Shown: piece by piece, positions 30,328-42,604 of the stretch
Layout: each line of letters opens with the position of its first letter
Position numbering within the stretch: the stretch's first letter is position 1
DNA from: Felis catus
Lineage: Eukaryota
Direction of reading: 5' to 3'
Assembly (NCBI RefSeq): GCF_018350175.1
Contig: NC_058369.1
Span: 8,124,001-8,188,000, forward strand
Length of the DNA: 64,000 nt
The notes under the pieces: generated by a model
Database searches by the model: none
What the model was told of the DNA's origin: nothing
The model's input: only the letters and a program-made list of their open reading frames with translations
Made by a program: the position numbers and the translations under genes

Positions 30328-30506
30328 TGACCCTGGATGGGTCATTTCTAGGATCATAGCCCATACTGTCGTGAGCAAACAAAGGAGAAAAGGGGAGAGG
30401 GTTTTGTGGTCAGGGTCCAGAAGGCTCTCCAAGTAAAGACAAGGACAGGGATATACGTGGCCTGGGACCCCATCTGTTTTGTTCCCTCTCCTCCTCCTGT
30501 CCTTGA

Positions 30507-31148
<642 letters not shown>

Positions 31149-31851
31149 TAATTGAAACAAATGCCACACGTATATACTTTCTCTGAAGTGTTTCAATCTT
31201 GTACGAACCCTAGGAGAAGAACTGTGATCATCTCCCATTTTCTAGACAGGAAAAGGAGGCCCCAGCAAGGTCAAGGAAGCTGCCCTGAGTCACTCAGAAG
31301 AGTGGGAGGTGGGATTAAAGCCCAGACTGAGTCTGTCCCCAGCTGTGGCCTCCTGATGGCCTGTGGCCCAGCCCACCTTCACTGGAGGGCACTGCCTACC
31401 CCCGGGCTCCCGAGACTCACGGGGCTCTGGGCCTCTCTCTGGTGAAATGCACTTGTACTAATGTCTCCCGCTCTCGGTTGCTGGGAGGGTGCAGGGGGTT
31501 CATATATCAGGCCTCCCGCTCAGCTGGGCACCCAAGAAGCTCCGTAGGCCAGCTTTGGGTTTATGTTGTGCCTGTGAAAGCTCGAAATGTAACAGGGTCT
31601 AAAGCAAAAATAAAGAGAGAAGAGGATGTCCAGTTGATAATAACTCATTTGTAATGTAGAAAAAGAACTGTGGAGCGTAACAGAATATACAGGAAGGCTC
31701 CATGTGTATAAAAGGGGAGCAGAAATAAACTGTCAAGCCTGGTCATTTTTGGAGATGCTGAAAGTCCGTTTGGGAAAATTCAACATCCATTCTGAAAAAG
31801 ACAACTGTAGGAGTCTTCTGTTAGGAATCTGTGTTTCAGTCTCAAAGTCAC

Positions 31852-32807
31852 TTTTTTTTTTTTTTAATTTTTTTTTTTTTTAATGTTTATTTTTGAGAGG
31901 GGGAGGGACAGAGAGAGGGAGGCACAGAATCCAAAGCAGGCTCCAGGCTCTGAGCTGTCAGCACAGAGCCCGACGCGGGGCTCAAAGTCACGAATTGTGG
32001 GATCACGACCTGAGCTGAAGTCAGACACTCAACCCACTGGCCACTCAGGCGCCCCAAAGCCACTCTTGACCTTAATGGGGGGGCTCAGGAGGCATTCCCT
32101 CGAAAGTCAAGAACAAGTTGGCTATTTCCACTTGTGTTTAAAACTTTTTTGTAGCGTCATTAACCAGTGTAGTCAGATTAGAAAAATTGCGTAGAGGTGT
32201 GAACACTGAAAAGGAAGAGGGAAACCTGTCCCTATTTGTAGAAGCTCATGTACACGTGAACACACGTACCTAGAAATGCAGTAAAAGTAACTGAGAAACT
32301 CCTGTATCCTGTAGCAGGTTTTGGAAGGAACAAAGTATACAATGAACAGAAACTAGTACTGCTGTTGTTTATTTATTTTTTTTATTAAAAAAAATTTTTT
32401 TTTAACGTTTATTTATTTTTGAGACAGAGAGAGACAGAGCATGAACGGGGGAGGGTCAGAGAGAGAGGGAGACACAGAATCTGAAACATGCTCCAGGTTC
32501 TGAGCCATCAGCCCAGAGCCCGACGCGGGGCTCAAACTCATGGACCGCGAGATCGTGACCTGGCTGAAGTCGGACGCTTAACCGACTGAGCCACCCAGGC
32601 GCCCCTATTTTTTTTTATTTTAGAGCCAGCGTGTGCTAGTGGGGGAGGGGCAGAGGCAGCCGGGGAGGGGGGTGGGGTGGGGGAGGGAGCAACTCTTAAG
32701 CAGCCTGCACGCTCAGCAAGACAAGCCTGACTCGGGGACCCTGGCCTCATGACCGGGGCCGAAATCAAGAGTCGGACACTCAACCAACTGAGCCACCCAG
32801 ATGCCCC
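31852..32807 (-). mobile_element. Three SINEC elements (~31852-32055, ~32385-32605, ~32606-32807) amid old L1-like sequence
   Basis: CanSINE motifs on -. Confidence 0.85.
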
Positions 32808-33156
32808 TTTTAAACATTTCTTTTTTTAAGAGAGGGAGCTAGCAGTTTTTTAACAGACGCCAGTTTGCAGATAACGGATGGGAGGAGAGATGGCGATGCG
32901 AGAGGCAGGGTCCTCGGGGTAGGTTTAATCATCAGCGTCTGGTGAGATGGGCCGGAAGAATACTGGAAGGTGGCCCCGAGAGACACGGCAGACACTTGGG
33001 TAGACCCCCCCTGCACCACCCCAGGTTGTAAACCTCTGGCTCGTCCCGCAGTAAAGTTAAAGACAGGAAAGCCTGCGGGGTGTGGCGGCCGCCCTCCCAG
33101 CCAGCGGCACAGGCGGGCGTGGTGGAAGCCCTGACCTCTCCACCCCTTGTCCCCAG

Positions 33157-33389
33157 ACGAAGGCCTTCATCCACCACGAGCTGCTGGCCTACCTGTACTC
33201 CTCGGCGGACCAGAGCAGCCTCATGGAGGAGTCGGCCGACCAGGCCCAGAGGCGGGACGACATGCTGCGCATGTACCATGCGCTCAAGGAGGCCCTCAAC
33301 ATCATCGGGGACATCAGCACCAGCACCGTGTCCACGCCCGTGCCCCCGCCCGTCGATGACACCTGGATCCAGAGCTCCAGCAGCCACAG
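33157..33389 (+). CDS. DNM2: Dynamin-2 exon 18, GED to PRD ([10 protein letters not shown]...[10 protein letters not shown])
   Basis: ccccag|ACG acceptor, AG|gtccgt donor, 233 nt. Confidence 0.96.
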
Positions 33390-34394
33390 GTCCGTAAGGC
33401 CCGGTCACCCGCAGTCGGCGGAGGATGCTGCCTGCAGGCTCCCAGTTCCTCCCGTGTGTCCCATCGGGGCATAGCCCACGGGGTGGGCAGGGTGGAGGGG
33501 CCCCCAGGGCTGGCCACGGTGGGAGCGGCTACCCTGCGTGGGCCTGAAGCGACGAAGAGAAGGGTTGGGTTAAAGGCCCACGTGTCTCCTGGTGCTTCCC
33601 ACGTGGTGAGCCCAAGTGGAAGCCAGAGAGGGCAAGAGGCCCGGGCCGTGGTGGCCACGGGGCCATCCTCCTGGAGCACAGACGAGAGTGGCGGGTTGGG
33701 GACGGTCTGCGGGAGCCGCTGGGAACCTTAGCTGGCACGTCCCCTTCCCCCTCAGCCGCCCCAGAGCTGTTGGATGGAGATGAGACCCTGGCATGGGCAA
33801 TGCAGACCATCAGACAGGGATACCTGACCGGTGACGGGGGCAGGTGGCAGGAGGAGAGGGTCACTCAGGGAAATCTAGAAGGTGCCAGCCCTACTGAGAC
33901 TTCAGGGAGCCATGGGTTACTTAGGGAGAGGGCACCCAACCTGGGGAACGGGGCAGCCTGTGGGGCGCCCAGGGCAGGGGCCTGTAGGCCCTGCAGCCTC
34001 TGGAGGCATTTGGACTTGCAGTCAGGGCTGGGCTCTGGAGGGATCTGTGGCTAAGGAGGGTGGATTGGAGGAGGTGAAGCAGGCGGGAGGCCCGAGCAGG
34101 GCCGGTGGGGGGCAGAGGGCCGTAGGAGTGAGGTCAGAGGGAAGCGGGAGGCCCTGGCGGCTGAGGAGGGGTGCAGGTGGGCCCTGGCTCAAGTTTTCGG
34201 TGGGGGCACAGCCATTGCCAAGCAGGTGGTGGCGGATGGATGGAGGGAACAGGTCCTCGCCCCCCTGCATGTCCCTGGGCGGGAGCTGGTGCCTGCCTGT
34301 GCCACTCCCTCCCCCTCAGCCCTCTACAGCCACACTGGCCAGGCTGGCGCGCCCCACCCCCACCCCCAGCTCACACCCTCTCCTTTCTCCACAG

Positions 34395-34637
34395 CCCCAC
34401 TCCACAGCGCCGACCCATATCCAGCGTGCATCCCCCAGGCCGGCCCCCGGCAGTGAGAGGCCCGACCCCGGGCCCCCCCCTGATTCCCATGCCGGCAGCC
34501 TCCTTTGCCGCACCCCCCATCCCGTCCAGGCCTGGACCCCAGAGCGTGTTTGCCAACAATGACCCCTTCTCGGCCCCGCCTCAGATCCCGTCTAGGCCGG
34601 CTCGGATTCCACCCGGCATCCCCCCTGGAGTGCCCAG
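34395..34637 (+). CDS. DNM2: Dynamin-2 exon 19, proline-rich domain (PTPQRRP...GIPPGVP)
   Basis: ccacag|C acceptor, AG|gtaagg donor, 243 nt; PxxPxR SH3-binding motifs. Confidence 0.96.
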
Positions 34638-35279
34638 GTAAGGCTGGACCCCCCTCACTGCCTGCCACTAGAGCCCCCGGCCTGTACCCTGGGGCCTCTC
34701 CTGGAATCTGACACCCTGCCCTAAGCTCTCCCCGCGCCCTGTGGGGAATGGAGTCATCATCCCCATTTGGCTGGTGTGAAAACTAAGGCCCAGAGAGACC
34801 AAGTCACTTTCCCCAAAGTCACTGAGTGGTGGTGGAGAGTCAAGGTGACTCCAGAGCTCCCAGGCCTGTCCCCTGCCTGAGCAGGTGGCCCGCGACGCAG
34901 GATGGGACTCCTCACGCGGGGCCCCTTCTCCTGGTTTTGACCATTTTCTTACTTGAGGACATGCGCTGTGAGCCGTTTCACACCTCTGCCCTGCCTCTCC
35001 CCGCCTTGCAGGCCAGGCTCTGTCCTCACTTCTCCCATGAAGAACGGGGGGTTGGGGGGGGGGCGGGAGGTGCCAGGTCGGGGGGACTCACACAGTCACA
35101 CTGCCAGCTCCTCCCTGGCTCTCTAGATCCTTGAGAGCATCCGGCATTGGGCAGCGCCATGGGGGGGGGGGGATGTGGCGGGGGGGGGGGGGGGGGCGGG
35201 CTCCTCTCCCTCATCCTACTTATGGCCTCACTGCCATCTCCCCCCTCCCCCTCCCCGTCTGTCTTTATTCTCTTTGCAG

Positions 35280-35349
35280 CAGAAGACCCCCTGCTGCGCC
35301 CAGCCGGCCCACCATTATCCGCCCAGCCGAGCCATCCCTGCTCGACTAG
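35280..35349 (+). CDS. DNM2: Dynamin-2 canonical last coding exon (SRRPPAAPSRPTIIRPAEPSLLD*)
   Basis: tttgcag|CAG tandem acceptor, stop TAG 35347-35349; the known dynamin-2 C-terminus. Confidence 0.96.
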
Positions 35350-36135
35350 GCTGCGGCTGCAGGGGGGGCGTGTTCTCAGGGGGTCCTCGCACACCCGCGG
35401 TGCAGGAGCTTCGGTCTGGGCCCCTCCGCTGCCCCTGGCCCCGTCGTCCGCGTGCCAGGACCAGGCTCCCTGCGGGCAGCCCCTGACTCTTCCCTAACCT
35501 TGGCCCCCATCCCCGTCTGCTGCACACAGCACTGACCGAAGGGGCCCTGGAGCCCCCGGGCAGGGAGGGGGGGAGCCGGGGTGGTGCACTTTGGGGGATG
35601 GAGCCTCGGGGTAGCAGAGGAGGGAACGCACTCTGGGCGCCATCTCGAATGAGGACTCGGGCCAGGGTGAGGGACTGGCCCAGGGCTTCTCTGGCCAGGA
35701 AAGGCTGAGAATAGAGGCACCCAGAGTGCCTGGATCCCCCAGGCCTTCCTGGGGCCCAAGGAGCATCTCCGCTTCTCAGCAGCGGGAGCTCCCGGCAGCA
35801 AGCCAGGCCCAGCAGGCCCAGCAGGCCCAGCGCTGCCCGCCCTGCCTGAGTTGTAAATATTCCTTCCTCGGCCTCGGCTGCCGGAGGTGCCTTTGCCAGG
35901 TCCGGAAGCCTCAGCCCTGCCGGCCTCACTCTCTCCTCCCTGGGTCCCCCCCCTCCCCCAGGTCTCCGGGGTGGCTTGGGCTCAGGGCTGAGTGAGTGGG
36001 GAGGCTTTGAGGGGCTCCTGGCCCCTACCCAGGCCTCCCCCACGGGGTGGGCCCCAGGTGGCCCATCACTGAGCAGACCTCGCTCGCTCCTCGCTCGGTT
36101 TGACCACTGTAAGTGCCTGCACTCTGTATCCTATT

Positions 36136-36151
36136 AATAAACTAAAATAAA
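36136..36151 (+). terminator. DNM2: DNM2 proximal poly(A) signals (AATAAA x2)
   Basis: AATAAA at 36136-36141 and 36146-36151, followed by a GT/T-rich downstream element (~36175-36195). Confidence 0.9.
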
Positions 36152-36634
36152 GGGAAGAAGCTTCTAGTGGCTGCTGTGTGGGCCTTTTGTGTTGTCAGGC
36201 TGAGGATGTGGACTTGCTCACCATCCCCCCCCTCCCCAGCAGGCCTCCCTCCCACCCCCGGCTCTCACACCTCCCTCACGGGGCTCTGCTCTTGGCGAGA
36301 GGGTTCACTTCTTCCAGAGACAACCATGCTCTCAAGGGAAGATCCTTTCTTTCCTTAACACCTCAGGAGTGGGGGCAGGTGTTCCCCGCTCCCCTTCCAC
36401 ACATACTAACACGGGCCTGGCTGCGGCCCCTAACGCACTGGTGTGGAGACCCGGATGCAGGCCTAGGGTGGGCATCAGAATCACTAAGGGGAGAGAGGAT
36501 TCCACCCCAAACCGCAGTGGTCAGGACCCCTCCCCACTGCTGTAGTCCTAAGGACTCCCCCTCAGGTCCCAGGCCTCCTGGCCCAGCCCCGGTCACAGTT
36601 AAACTTTGCTTTCTGATTTTTCTCTTGTGCCCAG

Positions 36635-36674
36635 GCGACCACCTCCATTGGCTCCCGCCCGACCTTTCTTCTGA
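36635..36674 (+). CDS. DNM2: Candidate alternative terminal coding exon of DNM2 (RRPPPLAPARPFF*)
   Basis: strong acceptor tttgctttctgatttttctcttgtgcccag|G; phase matches the exon 19 donor; peptide resembles the canonical last exon; AATAAA at 37000-37005. Confidence 0.7.
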
Positions 36675-36785
36675 ACTTCGTGGGAGACCCCTCCCGCCTG
36701 TCTGGTTTGCCCCCTTGGGGCCAGGTCTGTCCCGGCTGGTGTCCCTGAGCCCCAATCACCAGGCTCTGTGATTTTCTGACCATAA

Positions 36786-36791
36786 TTTATT
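36786..36791 (-). terminator. TMED1: Probable TMED1 poly(A) signal
   Basis: TTTATT on + (AATAAA on -) about 810 nt past the TMED1 stop. Confidence 0.7.
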
Positions 36792-36999
36792 GACTTCAGT
36801 GCCCAGGCCAGACCACCCTTTGTTCCGTGAGGCTCCTGTGCAAGGTTTGGCTGGGCCACCCCTCAGCTCTGCCCAGGGCCCCCCCAGAGAGAGGAGCAGG
36901 GGCGGGTGGTCTTGCAGTCTCCACTCCTCGAGTTCTGTTACCAGACCTCACAGTGAGCCTCCCCCCTGCACTGGGCTGAGGGGCTGGGCTCCTTCTCTC

Positions 37000-37005
37000 A
37001 ATAAA
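37000..37005 (+). terminator. DNM2: Candidate distal DNM2 poly(A) signal
   Basis: AATAAA followed by ctgttgtctcctt; about 325 nt after the alternative exon's stop. Confidence 0.6.
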
Positions 37006-37599
37006 GTGACTGTCCTGGCAAGAGCACTGTTGTCTCCTTCCCAGCCCCTGGTGTCAGCGAGTCGCCCCCAGCCCGGAGCCACCCCCAGCAGCAGCAGGAA
37101 CAGGCCTCTGGTGGGGTGACGGGGAGACCAAAGAAGGCACGGGGCCCCACAAACAGCAAGCCCCCTCCCACCACAACCTGGTTCAGAAGGCCAGTAGGGA
37201 AGGGAAGGGAGAGTTTGCTTCCCGGGCCCCATCCCACACCTAGTGCCAGTGCAGTGCTGGAAGACTCAGGCTAAGGCACACACATTTACAGCAGGGGATG
37301 CGGAGACGAGCCACAATACCCAAGGGTTGCATTCAAATGCTGCGGTGCCCCCGTCCGTGCACCCTTTCCAGGAGAGCAGGTACAGCCACTGAGCTGCCCC
37401 TCCCGGAGGGCCCAGGTCCGTCAGCCAAGCCAACAAGTGTTTCTTGCCTGGCCCCTCCAAGGGAGAGGACACTTGAGGGCCACACCTCCGGCCCTGACTG
37501 TATAGCCTCCCCTCCCGAAGGAAACTCAGTTGGGGAAGGGACCCCCACGTCTCACACACGTGTACCCTGCTGCCCTTTTCCCCGTTCTTCCTTCCGGGG

Positions 37600-37818
37600 C
37601 TACGTAGGCACAGGGCGCTTGTCCTGGAACAAGCGCTTGAGCGTGCAGACCTGTAGCACGGCCACCAGCAGCAGCACGGCCACGTTCACAGCAGACCAGA
37701 AGTTGACCCGCTCCAGGTTGCCTTCCTGCAGGTTGCGGTCACGTGCCTCAAAGGCCCGCAGTAGCGTCAGCATCTGGATGCTACGCTCCAACCGGGTCTT
37801 CATGGTCTCGATGGATTC
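37600..37818 (-). CDS. TMED1: TMED1 exon 4 (coiled coil, TM helix, tail ...[10 protein letters not shown])
   Basis: ccccacag|GAA acceptor on -, stop at 37600-37602; p24-family TM segment [19 protein letters not shown]. Confidence 0.96.
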   Translation of the reverse strand, partial: ESIETMKTRLERSIQMLTLLRAFEARDRNLQEGNLERVNFWSAVNVAVLLLVAVLQVCTLKRLFQDKRPVPT

Positions 37819-38409
37819 CTGTGGGGCAGAGAGAGGGACAGGGTCAGGCCTCCGCCTCTCAGGGAGCAGAGACCAATAAAACCAGGGGGAATGGGGTGAG
37901 CTAAGATCACAGACTCTGTGGCCAGGCTGCTGGGAGTCTTAAATCTGCTCTCTGTACCGAGTGGCTATGTGACCTTGAGCAAGCTAATTGACCTCTCTGG
38001 GCCTCTGTTCCCTCCGAATTGCTGTGAGAGTTACATGCCTAAATAAGTGTAAATTAATGTACTTAGTAGTAGTCAACAGCACAGTTGCTAAAGCCAGACT
38101 GCCCGGGGTTCAAATCCTCGCTTTGCCAGTTGCTAGCTGCGTGGCTTTAGCCATCCTGTGCCTCAGTTAGAATGGGGCATTGAGAACACACTACCTACTT
38201 CATGCGGAGATTTCATGAGATATTTAAGCCCTCCTACACCTAGAAATGTATTATTTTAACTGTGAGCTGCTATTAACATAATTAAGGTGGGGGCACCAGG
38301 GAGGCTGGGTCAGGAGAATGCGGACCCCAGCCTCTGTGGAAGAACGGGAGCGCGGCTGCCCAAAAGCCGGAAATGTGGGATGAGTGGCCCCAGTTCAGTC
38401 TGAGCGCAC

Positions 38410-38593
38410 CTTGATGTCTCCCATCTTGACATCCAGCATCTCCTCGGGCTCCACGGCCTCTGCCCAGCCTTCAACCTCCTCGTCGTCCTGCAGGCTGTCA
38501 AAAATGAGTTCAAAGAACACCAGCTTCTCTGAGATTGTGCTGAAGGAGTTGTCAAAGCACAGCTTGTAGTCCCCGGCCTCCGTGGGCTCCACT
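38410..38593 (-). CDS. TMED1: TMED1 exon 3 (GOLD domain [27 protein letters not shown]...DIK)
   Basis: cttccag|A acceptor, AAG|gtgcgc donor on -, 184 nt; GOLD motif YxxCFDN. Confidence 0.96.
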
Positions 38594-38735
38594 CTGGAAG
38601 AAAGACACACAGATACACGTGACCCTGAGTGGCCCACCAGCTGGACCTTGAGAGGCAGGGAAGGTGGTAACCTGAGGCCACTGGGGAGGGGCAGGGCTGA
38701 AACCGAACCCTGGCAGACAGTGGGACTGAACTCAC

Positions 38736-38833
38736 GTGTGCACCCCATCTGCCTTGCGGGACTCGCTGACCAGCAGCACGCCCTGAGGGCTCTCCAGCGT
38801 GAAATCCACGTCCAGTCCAGCACCTCCGATCAC
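38736..38833 (-). CDS. TMED1: TMED1 exon 2 ([33 protein letters not shown])
   Basis: ctcccag|GTG acceptor, AC|gtgagt donor on -, 98 nt. Confidence 0.96.
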
Positions 38834-39039
38834 CTGGGAGGGCAGGTAAGAGAGGGTGGAGGGCTAGGGGTAGGCCAAGAGCAGCTGCCAGGGAAAGCCA
38901 GACCCATACAGATCACCAGAAGGCTACCTAAGCCCTGACATCTACACCTGCGACCTGGTGCTGCCCGACCTGTCCCAGGTAGACCTTCGCCTTGGCTCTG
39001 TCTTCATTGTTATGACCGCTTTGGGTTTGGCTCTTTCAT

Positions 39040-40130
39040 CTGGTCACGCCCGCGTCGTAAATCCTTCATCGACGTTTACCTGGCCACACACCAAATGAGG
39101 GGACAGGGCCCAGCTTTCCTTAACCCAACCCCTGAGAAATCCTCTTGCTGACCACGCCCTTTCTTGTGGCGCGTCTTGGTCACACCCACCGACTCCGGCC
39201 GTCGCGCAACTCTTGGCCACGCCCACTCGGGAGGTTCCCGCCCCGTGAAAGGCTCCCCGTTACAACCTATGGCCCCGCCCCTTCTGGGTGTCTCACTCTA
39301 GCCCCGCCTCCTGCCATTATTCCCACCCCCTCCGCTCTACACGCCGTCTCCACCAGCTCCGGCTCGCGCTCCCTAGTTCCGCCCCCGCGCTCTTACGCAC
39401 GGGCTCCTCCCCCTTCCCTCTAATGCATGCCTCGCTTCAGCTGCCTGGCCACGCCCCCTCACCCAGGCTCCGCTTGTTTGCTGGCTCCCCAACCTGGGAC
39501 CCTCTACCTGGTACTCGGTCTCGAGGCTTGCGTTGGCAGGCGCTGACTGGTAGAAACACTGTTTCCTCCCCGCAGGCAGCAGGAACGTGAACTCGCCGTC
39601 CTGGATCGGCGGTGGCCCTGCCCCTCCCACCCCCACCGGCGGCAGTAGTAGCCACAGTGCCAAGGCTAGGGCCGCTCCGGCCGCCATCATCCGGGTCACC
39701 CTCCGGTCTGCTAAGAGGTCGTGGTTCCTTTAAGGGCTAGCCCTGCCCCTTCTGCTACTCGGCGGAGCTCATTGGCAGCCGCTCCGTGAAACCAGCAAAG
39801 AGAAAAATGAAGGGCCCCTTGAGCGCTTAGCTGCCCGAATGAGTGCCCGATGTGCCTAACAACGCTCGATCATCTGGAGGTTTTTTTTTTTCTCCTGAGT
39901 GGCCTCCGGCTGTAGTCTCAACCGATGATGGGGAAAAAAAAAATGACAAAAATAAGTACTATGATGGTGCATCTTTCTCAGGCAAAAGTTAAGACAACTA
40001 AGTCGGAGGCGGGCCGGGACCTTCTAAACCCCTCCCTGAAGTTTTCCCAGAGTAAGCTGCGCGCTACCACCGATGAGCGAACCTGTCTGGGTGGAATGGA
40101 CCTGTACGCGATCCGTAGGGCTCAAGTATA
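39040..40130. promoter_or_regulatory. CpG-rich TMED1 promoter/first exon region
   Basis: elevated CpG, GC boxes, CCAAT on - at 39771-39775. Confidence 0.7.
39508..39690 (-). CDS. TMED1: TMED1 exon 1 (signal peptide [16 protein letters not shown]... to ETEYQ); p24gamma1
   Basis: ATG at 39690, CAG|gtagag donor; the four exons total 684 nt = 227 aa + stop. Confidence 0.96.
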
Positions 40131-41055
40131 AAATGATCCCCCTGGGCCAGGAAGAACTTTTAGTGTTGATGTGGGCTCTGTGTTGTCTGTAGAGTCTCAC
40201 CCTTTATTCCTTAGACCTGTCGCTTTGTCAGTTTCCTCGTCTGTAGTTGGAGTGATGGAACAACCACCCCATAGGGCGGCTGTGAGAGTTGAGATGGAAC
40301 CCTTGGGCTAGCACTCATTTTTCCTGGCGTAGAGCCAGCCCTCCCTACACACCAACGGTCTCAAACTCTGGGGGACCAGCAGGTAAATAGAGTAACTGAA
40401 GTGGCTCAGGGTATGAAAAACGACAGCCAGATTGCTTGAGAGTTAGAAAAGGGTGTGGGCCTGGGAGCCACGAAGGCTAGTTCCAACCACTCCCGACCCT
40501 TGGCTTGAAGACATCACCGTGCGGGGCCTCTGTATCCTCATCCATAAGATGGGGGTGATACTCGTCCTATCTCACTGGGCTGTTGTTGAAGATTAAATGG
40601 GAGAATGCTTGTTTAGCGCTTAGCACGGTATAGGCCCTCGGTAAATATTATCTGTTACCTTCCAGGCTTATTGCCCACCTCTTCTCCCTGTTTGGCTTAG
40701 AGTGTTTGGAGGCGACCTCCCTCTGGGAAGCCGACAGATAAGCAGAGTCGCTGTAGAAACGGACTCTGATTGATGATTCCGTCTAGCATTAAAAAAAAAA
40801 AAAAAAAGTTTAGACGGAAATGTTGAGTCTTTAAAGACAGGCCTTGGAGTGGTTGGCATTTGGTGACAGTTACTCTTCAAATACAGCTGATGGCTGTCCT
40901 CTCCTGCTTTTGGAGAACTTGGGGAAGTAACACCACTTGGTTACGTCAAAGATCATGGACAGTCAATGTTAGTTATTTCTTTTCACTTCCCCAATTGTCT
41001 GTCATTCAGACTCGCTGCTTGGACGTTTTGAAGTAGTTGTGGAGAATGGGTGATT

Positions 41056-42310
41056 TTTTTTTTAAAGTTTATTTACTTATTTTGAGAGAGAGAATGCGAG
41101 CAGGGGAGGGGCAAAGAGAGGGAGAGAGAGAATCCCGAGCAGGCTCTGTGCTGTCAGCACAGAGCCCAATGGGGGGCTCAATCCCACCTGAGCCAAAATC
41201 AAGAGTCAGATGCTCAGCTGACTGAGCCACCCAGGCACCCCTAAAATTAATGATTTTAAAGTGAGTAATTCAGTGGCATTTATTACATTCACAGTGTTGT
41301 TCAACTGCCACTTTTATCTACTTTCAAAACATTTTCATCAGCCAGAAAATAAACCCTGTACCCGTTAAGCCTGTACGTCATCCGCTCCACCCCCCCCCCC
41401 CCCCATCAGCTCTGGCAACTACCAACCTGCCTCTATGAATTTGCCCATTCTGGATGCTTCATGTAAATGAAATATGTGACTATTTGTGTCTGGCTTCTTT
41501 CACTTAGCATAATGGAGGTTCCTCCTCCTAGCATGAATATTTAATTCATTTTAATGGCTGAATAATAGTCCATTGTATGGATATACCACATTTATCCATT
41601 CAACCATTGATGGGCATTGGGGTTGCTCCCATCTTTTGGACATTGTGAATAGTGCTGCTATGAGTATTTTGAGAATCTGTTTTTAATTCTTTAGGGTATA
41701 CACCTAGGAATGGAATTGCTGGGTCATATATAACTTTTTTTTTTTTTTTTTAAGCAGAGCCTGAGACAAGGATTCAGGCACACATGCTTTAATTTCTTTT
41801 AATGTTTATTTATTTGAGAGAGAGCAGGAGTGGGGGAGTGGCAGAGAGAGGGAGACACAGAATCTGAAGCAGGCTCCAGGGTCTAAGCTGTCAGCACAGA
41901 GCCTGATGCAGGGCTCGAACCCACGAACCACAAGATCATAACCGAAGTCGGTCATTTATTCAACTGAGCCACCCAGGCGCCACTCTATGTTGAACTTTTT
42001 GAGGAACTCCCAGACTGTTTTCCACAGTGGCTGCCCCGTTTTGTGTTCCCACCAACCACGTATGAGGGTTCCAGTTTCTCCACATCCTCATCAACACTTG
42101 CTATTTTCTATTTTATTTGCATTATAGCCATCCTAATGCGTGTGAAGTGGAATCTCATGGTGGTTCTGATTTGCATTTCCTTGATGCTGGGCATCTTTTC
42201 AGGTGCTTCTTGGCCATTTGTACCTCTTGGGGAAATGTCTGTTCAAGTCCTTTGCCAGTTTTAAAAGTGCATTGTCTTTTTGTAGTTGAGTTACAAGAGT
42301 TATTTATATA
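41056..42310 (-). mobile_element. L1 3' fragment (antisense) with SINEC insertions (~41056-41241, ~41795-41981)
   Basis: ggctgaataatagtccattgtatggatataccaca; ggaattgctgggtcata; ctgttttccacagtggctg; gttctgatttgcatttcc are L1 3'UTR/ORF2-end hallmarks. Confidence 0.85.
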
Positions 42311-42604
42311 TTATAGAGAGCAAGCAGAAGAAAGAAAAACAAAAACTTGCCCGGATTTATTTTGGGGCACTCCCTCAATGCTTTTTCAGGCATTTACAAC
42401 TCTGCCTTGGCCTTCACTTCCTGTTTGTGCTGAGCCTAGAGATGAGCCAGAAAGCTTAGAATCTTCTCCAGTCTTTTCTGAGCGCTTCTGCCCTGGACAT
42501 GCACATTGCTTTCTAAATCCCCCAGGATATATGGGTGCTTCTGAATGTCCGAACTACCCAGAGAAACGCTCACCCCAGCTTTTCCTCCTAGCTCGTGGCA
42601 CGCC

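Noticed and set aside
35315..36043. 242-aa antisense ORF over the DNM2 3'UTR
   Set aside because: GC-rich UTR artefact with no homology recognised.
39691..39699. ORF-track N-terminal extension (MTR) of TMED1
   Set aside because: It starts at a GTG three codons upstream; the ATG-ATG at 39690 gives the expected 227-aa protein with a signal peptide.
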